A stretch of DNA of 11,908 bases from Octopus sinensis (Eukaryota), in NCBI RefSeq assembly GCF_006345805.1, contig NW_021826828.1, positions 1 to 11,908 of the forward strand, given 5' to 3'. Within the stretch, counting starts at the first letter, position 1. The number at the start of each line of letters is the position of its first letter. Shown piece by piece: positions 1 to 7,560 of the stretch. A program made the position numbers and the translations under genes. Below the pieces are notes generated by a model. That model searched no databases. It saw only the letters and a program-made list of their open reading frames with translations, and was not told the DNA's origin.

Positions 1-70
1 GTTATACTAGGGGCGATCTAATCGATTATTCCCAAAGCTTCAGGCCTTGTGCCTATAGTAAAAAGGATAT
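1..70 (+). mobile_element. 3' tail fragment of the abundant tRNA-derived SINE (Octopus-type), truncated by the window edge
   Basis: ACTAGGGGCGATCTAATCGATT...GGCCTTGTGCC aligns with ACTGGGGTCGATGTAATCGACTT...GGCCTTGTTTCC of the copy at 5911-5965. Family name is from recollection. Confidence 0.6.
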
Positions 71-404
71 TCTATCAAGAACTACAATAATATACGATAT
101 AATCTTTCTTTTTTTTTTTTAAAAATAAGCATGATATGATATGATGTGAAACAGATTTGGTTGCCATTTCCTGCTGGTTTTAGCTATCACGTAATGTCTG
201 TCTTATATAGCGGAAGTCTCTGAAACGGGAATAAATCGTAGAATTTTGCTTGGCAGACCGGCGCCTCGTGGACTCCGTTATCATATTATGTATCCATTTG
301 TTTCTGTGTATCAAAGTGTAAATGTAGGTATCTATGTTTATATATATGTGTGTATGTGTATGAGTGTGTATATCTATATGTATGCGCAAAGTTAAGTGTA
401 ACAT

Positions 405-406
<2 letters not shown>

Positions 407-437
<31 letters not shown>

Positions 438-478
438 TTGTGTGTTGTGTGTGTGTGTGTGTGTAAGCGTGTTTGTGT
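407..478. repeat. (TG)n microsatellite, imperfect
   Basis: Directly visible. Confidence 0.95.
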
Positions 479-565
479 TTCTGTGCCAAATTAATCAAAG
501 AATGTTTACATGCGTTGATTAATGAACCTTATTCCAGAATATGTCACCTTGTTATTTAAAAACAA

Positions 566-672
566 ACACACACACACACACGCGCGCGCGCACGTACACA
601 CATATGCACATATACTCACATACACACTACATACTCACACACTGACACATTCGTACGCACATACACATATAC
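566..672. repeat. (CA)n-rich alternating purine-pyrimidine tract with an embedded (CG)5 at 581-590
   Basis: Directly visible. Confidence 0.9.
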
Positions 673-1755
673 ACCAAAGGAAATTAATTCTTAACCGTTA
701 CTTATTTGTCGATCATTTTCCTGTCTTTGAAAACTCTTTGAAATCGAATTAAGTAAAAAGAAAACGAAAATAATAATACAAAAAAAAATACGAATAAATA
801 AATAAAACAAACAAATAGCATAACACAAAATGAATACAAAAAAAAATACAAAAAGATATATATTTTTCAGAATCATTATAAAGATCCAAATTGTTAGATG
901 GTGTTTCCTTGAAACTAATTAATTGTATTTTTATTTAATTTATTTATATATATATTTTTATTTTTTAACAAGAAAAATAACTCCACCTGTCACAAACTAT
1001 AAACATATATTTCTTATTCTTTATCATTATTATTATTTTGTTTTGTTTTTGTATTTTATGACTTACTTTGCTTATTTTTTTTGGTTTTTCTGTTCATTTT
1101 TTTTGTTTAGTTCTTTCTCTATTTTTTTTTTTTACTGTTTCTGCGACTTATGATTGGCTACGTACATTTACATGTACGAAATCTATGATTTTTTTTTTTT
1201 TGGTTTGTTTTTTTTTTTGTGGTTCCAAGTGATTCGCAGACCAATATTTCTAGGATGAATGATCACTTAAAAAAATAAAAGAAAAACAAACCCCCAAAAC
1301 TACCATAAAACAATATTTCATTAAGAAAAAATAGCCAAACTGCTACGCTATGTATGACACTAATGAGAAAAAATCACCCTTTATCTATGCAAATCAGAAA
1401 CCTTTCCACATACATGGAAAAGCTTGAGAATTAGTAAGAATTAGTTAACGAAATGAATAAATAAAATAAAATAATATATAATATAAAATAATATAATAAA
1501 ATAAGATAAAATAAAAGCTATAATGAAAGAAATGTAAGTAAAGGGTGGTAAGTGATGTAGTCTAATTTGATCCTAGTATCTGGCTATTTCTGAGAGAGCG
1601 TAATTACAGCAATGGTATTGATTGTCAGCTTCGTCAGTTTTCGTAATCAAGGTGATACTTACTTCAACCTTAACATCTAGGCCTCATTAAAAATAAGTTA
1701 TATATGTTAACTGTCACAAACTAACTCTTGCATTTTCCTATACGCTCGATATAAC

Positions 1756-1820
1756 CTCTCTCTCTCTTACACACACACACATATGTATATATATATATAT
1801 TATATAATATATATATATTA
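1756..1820. repeat. Compound (CT)n(CA)n(TA)n microsatellite
   Basis: Directly visible. Confidence 0.9.
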
Positions 1821-2197
1821 TTAAACGCATTCTTAAATAATGTAGACGAACACTTACATATGAAGTTGTTCGCGTGTACGTATACTACCGTATTCCATAC
1901 ATGGACAAATAAATACGATCAAACGTATAGGCATGCCTGAGAGTTTAAGACGTTTGCAAGTTAGCCGCGTAGATCCAGGTTCGCTCTTACCTTGCGCAAC
2001 TTTGGGCAATTGTATTATTCTTTCTTTTTTTTTTATATACATCTAACATCGAGTTGATCAATATCTATGTTGTCAGTTTAAGTTTCACGAACGGTGATTT
2101 TATCTTTCATTTTTCCAGAGATAAATGAAGTCCAGTTAGATAAGAAGTGGGCTCCTTTCACTCGAATCCTTATTTACATTTCTGATTTAATAATAAT

Positions 2198-2530
2198 AAA
2201 AAAGCACAACGCAATGACCTTTAGTATTGCGATGATGACAACAGAGGACACATTCCGGTATCAATAAACCTCCTCTCGGAGAAGCATATCCTAACCATTA
2301 CCGCTGTTCTTAGTCACCTACTTGTACTTGTGTGACGACATTCACCCTGGGCGGGTTGAGTCGGCTTCTTCCACCACCCTCGAGGCATCTCGAACCATGG
2401 CGGTAGAAGAAGTTTCGTGGGAATATGAATTTCACAAGCGGTCCCAACAATCCCGCATGTAGAGACATCCTGTTTGCCGCAGATTGTCCGCAGACGCAGG
2501 GACAGAACGACCGAGGAGCCGCCGGTTGCC
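2198..2530 (-). ncRNA. Candidate ~330-nt structured ncRNA with Pol III-like architecture, family unassigned
   Basis: TATATAAG starts 28 nt upstream of GGCAACCGG (2530). There is no T4 until T6 at 2203-2198, preceded by a hairpin (2231-2210). A 14-bp + 5-bp hairpin lies at 2412-2365, and the 5' end can pair with the 3' region. The non-Watson-Crick pairs in the main stems are G.U on the minus strand. Confidence 0.35.
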
Positions 2531-2550
2531 GAAACAGACACTCCGAAACA

Positions 2551-2558
2551 CTTATATA
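2551..2558 (-). promoter_or_regulatory. TATA box (TATATAAG) upstream of the GC-rich island
   Basis: Consensus match at the edge of the island. Such 8-mers also occur by chance in this AT-rich DNA. Confidence 0.35.
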
Positions 2559-2693
2559 GCTAGGGAAGGATTCACTAAGGTAAGGCTACTAGATTAAACA
2601 TAGTGCCATTTCTACCTATAACAGTGATACCCCGTGTTCCTTAAATTCAAAAACACACCTATGATTCCAAACAAACATTCCCTATACAGCTGC

Positions 2694-2784
2694 TGTTGTT
2701 ATTGTTGTAAATGTTTAGCCCATGTCTTCCTTCATCGAATAGACTTATGGCCAAAGGCGCTCCGACCTTGATTATCTCGTCTTT
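2694..2784 (-). mobile_element. Degenerate 3' tail of a second interspersed repeat family ending in (AAC)n
   Basis: GTTTAGCCCATGTC...ATCG..AGACTTATGGCCAAAGGC..TCC resembles a common Octopus repeat as I recall it, with an (AAC)n-like tail at 2694-2708. No second copy in the window. Confidence 0.4.
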
Positions 2785-3244
2785 ATGTTTATCCTGGATT
2801 ATCTACACAGTCTCCAACGTGAGTGGAATCTTCTTTTCAGACTGTAGTAGTTGACTTTATGTCGATTTGGTTATTATTACTAGTACGTCGAACGACCATA
2901 TATAAGCTCCTTCACTGGCGTGTAATGGTTACTATGACTCTACGGTCAATGCAACTGCGGTGATAGAAAGAAACCTTTTTCTTACCCTGTAACACAGCTG
3001 TTTTTTTTACCTGTTTTATACTTGTTTTATGTGGTTCATTACTAATATAAGTAACAGTCGATGACATCTGTCATTTGGAGAAAAAGCGAGACGTAGGGCA
3101 GTAGAAGACAATGGTGCAGAGATATAAAGTTAGGTGACAAGACAATGAACGTCACAACTTCCTATTACTCATTCGGTTTTAATACTAAGGCGTTATGCCT
3201 ACAACTCATAAAAACCACATGAGCCAGCTGAAATTTATGTTTCA

Positions 3245-3267
3245 TGTGTGTGTGTGTGTGCGAGTGT

Positions 3268-3322
<55 letters not shown>

Positions 3323-3385
3323 GTATATGTATATATGTATATAATATATAGAGAGGAGAGAGGAGAGGGAGAGAGACGGAGAGAA
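3245..3385. repeat. Compound (TG)n/(TA)n/(GA)n microsatellite
   Basis: Directly visible. Confidence 0.95.
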
Positions 3386-3446
3386 GTGTAAGAGATAAGG
3401 AACATTTATTTTGAGCATGTAAAACGGCAAGAATTAAATCAATGGT

Positions 3447-3515
3447 GTATATATATATTTTTCCATGATGTGTATTTCTATATATATATATAAATATATA
3501 TATATATACATATAT

Positions 3516-3565
<50 letters not shown>

Positions 3566-3567
3566 AT

Positions 3568-3632
<65 letters not shown>
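3447..3632. repeat. Long imperfect (TA)n microsatellite
   Basis: Directly visible. Confidence 0.95.
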
Positions 3633-3637
<5 letters not shown>

Positions 3638-3708
3638 AGTATACGCACTTGACAGTACATCAATTAAAATAACTTTATATATATATATATTATATTATGG
3701 AAATTATC

Positions 3709-3932
3709 TATACAAACGTGGAACGGCACTAGTTGTTAAAAATCTATAAAATGCGTCCAGAATATCGTCGGTTGATCGTCAGACCAGATCGAAACACTGA
3801 GTCTGACAAAACACCGACGATATTTTGAGCAAATCTCGTGTTATTCTTTGTTTTGTATTTTTAATACTCAAGTCTCTTAGCAAAGTTTCTCTGAGACGAA
3901 TATTGCGGATAATGCCTTTCCACGTTTGTATA
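3709..3932. mobile_element. MITE (~220 bp) with TA flanks, Tc1/mariner-type signature
   Basis: TATACAAACGTGGAACGGCA (3709-3728) and TGCCTTTCCACGTTTGTATA (3913-3932) are inverted repeats matching at 19/20, including the outer TA. No coding capacity. Confidence 0.7.
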
Positions 3933-4000
3933 TATGTACATCATAAATTATTTACATTATTTATATTCGACGGATATTTGTCCTCATATTGTTTGCCGTT

Positions 4001-4046
4001 AACACTACGTTTCGGCTGATATACCCTCCCGCCTTCTTCAGGTGTC
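4001..4046 (-). ncRNA. Minimal type I hammerhead ribozyme (PLE-type), GUA cleavage triplet
   Basis: Minus strand reads GACAC-CUGAAGA-A-GGCGG(10-nt loop)CAGCC-GAAA-C-GUA-GUGUU. Stem I is 5 bp, stem II has one G.A mismatch, stem III is the palindrome ACGU. Confidence 0.75.
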
Positions 4047-4273
4047 TTGGGGAAATTTTGAACCTGGGTTGTCATTCTTAAGGTATTTTTCGATGTTTTT
4101 ATTAATATTATTATTACAATTATTATTAAAGCAGTGACCTGAACAATAACAAAAACAATAATAATAGTAACAATATTAACAACAACAACAACAACAATAA
4201 TAATAACAATAATAATATTAATAACATCGAAAAATACCTTATGAATGAGAACTCAGGTTCGAAATTTCCCCAA

Positions 4274-4319
4274 GACACCTGAAGAAGGCTGGAGGGTATA
4301 TCAGCCGAAACGTTGTGTT
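4274..4319 (+). ncRNA. Minimal type I hammerhead ribozyme (PLE-type), GUU cleavage triplet
   Basis: GACAC(4274-78)-CUGAAGA(4279-85)-A-GGCUG/CAGCC stem II-GAAA(4307-10)-C-GUU(4312-14)-GUGUU(4315-19). Confidence 0.75.
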
Positions 4320-4496
4320 AACAACAAACAAGATGAGGACAAATATCCGTCAAATGTAAATAATATAAATAGTGTAAATAATGTACATAATTCCTCATGT
4401 CTTAAATATAGAACTGTACATCATAAATGTTCTATACGTTGCTATAATTTTTTTTTTTATATGTTGAGCATGAATACCTTCACAAATATCGATTAA

Positions 4497-4885
4497 TGAA
4501 GTAGTAGTACCTTCTCATCTGTTTATTTATTAAGTAGCAATATCTTCAACGCCGTCTTTTTCAATAACTGTTTCTTTATAAAACAGTAATGATTTCACAA
4601 CTACTTGTTTATAAAGTAGTAATAACTTCCACAATTGTTTCTTAATATCCTTATAATTGTTTCTTTGTAAGGTTGTAATACCGTCATAAACGTTTCTTTA
4701 CAAAGTAGCAATATGGGATAATACTTTCAAAACTGTTAAGTTATAAAGCAGTTTATACATTCACAACTATTTCTCTTTAAATTAGTAACATTTTAACTCT
4801 GTTTTATAAAATAGCAATAATTTTAAAACAGCTGTTTCTTTATAAACTTGTAATATCTTAATCGTCCTTTCCTCATAAAGCACTG
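4497..4885. repeat. Degenerate minisatellite, ~33-35-bp unit, about 10-11 copies
   Basis: Recurring units close to TATAAAGTAGTAATAnCTTCACAACTGTTTCTT, e.g. 4610-4643, 4696-, 4742-, 4805-, 4841-. Confidence 0.7.
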
Positions 4886-5380
4886 ATAAATAGCATTTAC
4901 CCTTCTAAATTAATGTATTAATGCCTTCACATCTGTGACCTTGTATTATGATAGACAATATTTCCACAAACACCTTTTTTTTTATTATCGTGAAACACTT
5001 AAGATTTCACTTACAGTACGACTGAATAAATAAAAATAATACGATTTCCAATATAAACACATGTAGAAATATCTTCCAAATAGAATGTTAGTTGTTTAGT
5101 CAGTGGGAAATATCTATTTTCTAGATTTAGAAAAAACCTTCAAAGGTTCAGCGAAAAGCAAATATACAAGTCCGTTAAATAAGTAAAGAGGAATAAATAT
5201 ACGACTCATTGTTTGCATATTTCTTGATTATTTCCTGATTATTGTTTGTACGTATGTCATATTTCCTGGGTGTCATCTAATGGTGGAAAAAGTATTCTTC
5301 TAAAGTTGTCCGTCTTATTCAGGAATTATACAGCACACTTGCAGTGTATAAGCGTTAAACATCATTTCTCCTCACGAACC

Positions 5381-5382
<2 letters not shown>

Positions 5383-5443
<61 letters not shown>
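5383..5443. repeat. (AT)n perfect microsatellite
   Basis: Directly visible. Confidence 0.97.
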
Positions 5444-5446
<3 letters not shown>

Positions 5447-5520
5447 TTTAAATAGGTGAATGAATTATCCTATGTTTATCGTCAACAAATTTTTGTTTGT
5501 CTTGTTGTCGAGAGAGGCTC

Positions 5521-5612
5521 CCTTTCTTTTCCTGATGAGAAGATTGCATAATGCACCATTTATTCCTTTGGAATGAAACCATGTTGTCTTCGAAACATGT
5601 CGAGAGTAAAGG
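5521..5612 (+). ncRNA. Type I hammerhead ribozyme with extended stem II, GUC cleavage site after 5601
   Basis: Stem I is CCUUUCUUUUC (5521-31) with GAGAGUAAAGG (5602-12). The core is CUGAUGA (5532-38). Stem II starts GAAGA (5539-43)/UCUUC (5587-91) and extends to a UUU-capped hairpin (5559-5577). Then GAAA (5592-95), palindromic ACAUGU stem III, and GUC. Confidence 0.8.
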
Positions 5613-5649
5613 AATTTTGTTAACATCTTCGTTCGACTCCATCTTTCTT

Positions 5650-5653
5650 TATA

Positions 5654-5691
<38 letters not shown>

Positions 5692-5706
5692 TATACATAC
5701 ACACAC
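5650..5706. repeat. (TA)n/(CA)n microsatellite
   Basis: Directly visible. Confidence 0.95.
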
Positions 5707-5815
5707 TGAATCGAATGAAAATAACTCATACTTATAAATCACTGAGGCTAAGTGGTATAGAGCATTCTAATATGCGTCCGTGAGTAATCTATTATGATTA
5801 AAAACTGTTTATATA

Positions 5816-5983
5816 TATTTCGTCCGTCTTTACATTCTCAGTTCAAATTCCGCTGAGGTCGACTTTGCCTTTTATCCTTTTGGGGTCGATAAAATAAGTA
5901 CCAGTTGATCACTGGGGTCGATGTAATCGACTTAAACCTCTCTTGAAATTGCGGGCCTTGTTTCCAAATTTGAAACCAATATT
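5816..5983 (+). mobile_element. tRNA-derived SINE (Octopus-type), 5'-truncated; best-preserved copy in the window
   Basis: B-box-like GTTCAAATTCC (5841-5851) followed by the body GAGGTCGACTTTGCC...GGGGTCGATAAAATAAGTACCAGTT...GGGGTCGATGTAATCGAC. Homologous pieces occur elsewhere in the window. Confidence 0.8.
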
Positions 5984-6037
5984 TATTATAATCTTTCACT
6001 CTTTTCTCTGTCCTCTGAGATTTTTAATGTTTTATTC

Positions 6038-6095
6038 CTCCGTGATCAATAAAATAAGCACCAGACATATTACAGGGTAAATTCAATAATCTATA
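6038..6095 (+). mobile_element. Highly diverged SINE body fragment
   Basis: GATCAATAAAATAAGCACCAG resembles GTCGATAAAATAAGTACCAG at 5885-5904. Confidence 0.5.
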
Positions 6096-6834
6096 GTTGA
6101 TATTTTTTGGCCTCAATTTCATGTAAGAAATAAATGAAATTCACAAAAGATGTAAATATGGGAAATATACTACAAGTCTGGGTCACGACTTTTATCTTTT
6201 AATCAGTAGTTGTAAACAATTTCTTCTCAATTAAATGTTTTAATAATGCTCATGAGAAAGGCATGCACTTCGTTACATCCAATTTTATTTCCCTAAATAT
6301 ACAAGGTGTTGCCATTTAGTTAAAGAAAAAAAAATCAACATTATTTATTCTAGTTCTGAACTACAAAGTCGCCAAATTTAATTACCAAAACCAACAAACA
6401 TAGAAAAATACAAGAAGTATCTTGTTTTATATATTTCTTTAGCTTGTAAGGAAGTTGTTATTTCAAAAGAACACCTATTTGATTGCTGTTTATCAAAACG
6501 TTTACATTTGGCGGAAATTTTAACATGATTACATACGCGAAACAATTCGTGTGGTGAATAATACTAGTTTGATGGACATATAAGATTGTGGGATAATCGA
6601 TTGATGATGTGTACATTGGCAAAAGTCGGGGTGTGGCAGCTGACTTATTTATACGGGCTTCGGCTTAGTGTGGTCGAAGGGTCGGCGGTTCGTATCAAGT
6701 GACTATTGTCGTTTTAATGCCTTTTTCCAAATGCTTAACTATCACCTAGAACAATCGATCTGACCGTGAATATGGTTGATGAGAGGAAATGAAGTTTAAC
6801 GCTTTAAACTGTAAGTGCGGTGTATAAATTCATC

Positions 6835-6885
6835 AACGGTTTGTCTCGTTCAGTTCTGAGTTCAAATCCTAGGAGAAAGATTCAC
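6835..6885 (+). mobile_element. Diverged SINE fragment around the B box
   Basis: GTTCTGAGTTCAAATCC resembles ATTCTCAGTTCAAATTCC at 5834-5851. Confidence 0.35.
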
Positions 6886-7002
6886 CTTGAAGGTGTAGTA
6901 AAATATTACAAGTCATTAACGTGGCTACTCTATCGTTTTGGCCACAGTAACACTTTCCAGGGGTTAAAATGATGTTGATTATTGATTGTAAGTAAATAAT
7001 AA

Positions 7003-7080
7003 GGCGGCGAGCTGGCAGAAGTATTAGCACACCAGACGAAATGTTTCGCGGTAAGCTGTCCGTCATTATTCACTGAGTTC
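7003..7080 (+). mobile_element. SINE 5' head (tRNA-like A box), 3'-truncated
   Basis: GGCGGCGAGCTGGCAGAA...TTAGCAC...GAAATG...GCGGTA...CTGAGTTC runs into the same B-box region as the 5816 copy. Confidence 0.7.
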
Positions 7081-7140
7081 TGGGGCAATAGAAAAAAAGT
7101 TTATAGGTAAATAACATTTATTTTTAACTTCACAACAAAA

Positions 7141-7338
7141 ACAAGATTTTGCTGGAGGAGTATAAACGATTAGGTTGACCCAAGATATCCTCTAGCACAT
7201 ATTTTATCAAACTCGACGCAAGGCAAAACTAATCTCGACGATTTTCTGGGTCTGAACCTAAAAACCGTAACTTAATACTGCAATGAAGCCATTTTGTATG
7301 ACACTCTGACGTTTTGTTCGACGCTCTGTCATTTTGCA
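7141..7338 (-). mobile_element. Diverged SINE copy, reverse orientation
   Basis: CGATTAGGTTGACCCAAG...ATTTTATCAAACTC...AAGGCAAAA aligns loosely with the reverse complement of 5860-5935. Confidence 0.5.
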
Positions 7339-7424
7339 TGACGTTCTTTTTCTCCTCACATCTTGAATAAATATTATTGTTTTCTAGCATCAGTATAATA
7401 TGGCAAATTTTAGAAGAAAGTATT

Positions 7425-7560
7425 GTCGATGACATTAATCCATGATTTAACTGGTACTTATTTCCATCGACCATGAAAGGACGAAAGGTAAAGCTGGCTC
7501 AATCGAAAAATGAACTCAAAACAAAAACGGTCGAAATGAGACACCGTACGGCATTTTATT
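7425..7560 (-). mobile_element. SINE copy, reverse orientation
   Basis: AACTGGTACTTATTTCCATCGACC..GAAAGGACGAAAGGTAAAG...TGAACTCA (7449-7518) is close to the reverse complement of 5838-5906. Confidence 0.7.

Larger units (their letters stand above)
3935..4428 (+). mobile_element. Non-autonomous Penelope-like element: inverted plus direct pseudo-LTR arms with target-site duplication
   Basis: 3949-4097 is the reverse complement of ~4223-4370 (about 12 substitutions by manual count). The structure is flanked by the identical 14-mer TGTACATCATAAAT at 3935-3948 and 4415-4428. Each arm contains a minimal hammerhead motif. Confidence 0.75.

Noticed and set aside
148-290. Promoter-like patch: minus-strand TATATAAG (209-202), ETS-like GCGGAAGT (210-217), and short motifs shared with 2524-2560 (CTTATATAGC, GGTTGCC, GAAACAGA)
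   Set aside because: The shared motifs are in a different order, a few TATATAAG hits are expected by chance at this AT content, and no credible downstream exon is present.
1590-1640. CUGACGA on the minus strand (1637-1631) with a downstream GAAA
   Set aside because: Stems I-III cannot be formed around the core, and there is no NUH at the right place.
2285-2303. CCTAACCATTACC as a telomerase RNA template
   Set aside because: Only 7 nt match (CCCTAA)n, and it is on the strand disfavoured by the G.U pattern.
2500-2530. GGC-TCCTCG-GTC on the minus strand as the L3/P3 of an HDV-like ribozyme
   Set aside because: No P1 partner, no P1.1 GG and no suitable CGAA J4/2 with P2.
2899-2980. Plus-strand TATATAAG divergent from the 2558 TATA, followed by a ~50-nt weak fold and T5
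   Set aside because: The pairing is short and weak, there is no convincing shared upstream element, and it may be a decayed SINE head.
3770-3810. GAAAC...GUC on + and CUGACGA on - inside the MITE hairpin as a hammerhead
   Set aside because: The two core halves are on opposite strands. The region is simply palindromic.
6655-6700. tRNA gene (A-box-like GGCTTAGTGTGG, B-box-like GGTTCGTATC)
   Set aside because: No cloverleaf and the boxes are too close. At most a decayed tRNA-derived SINE head.
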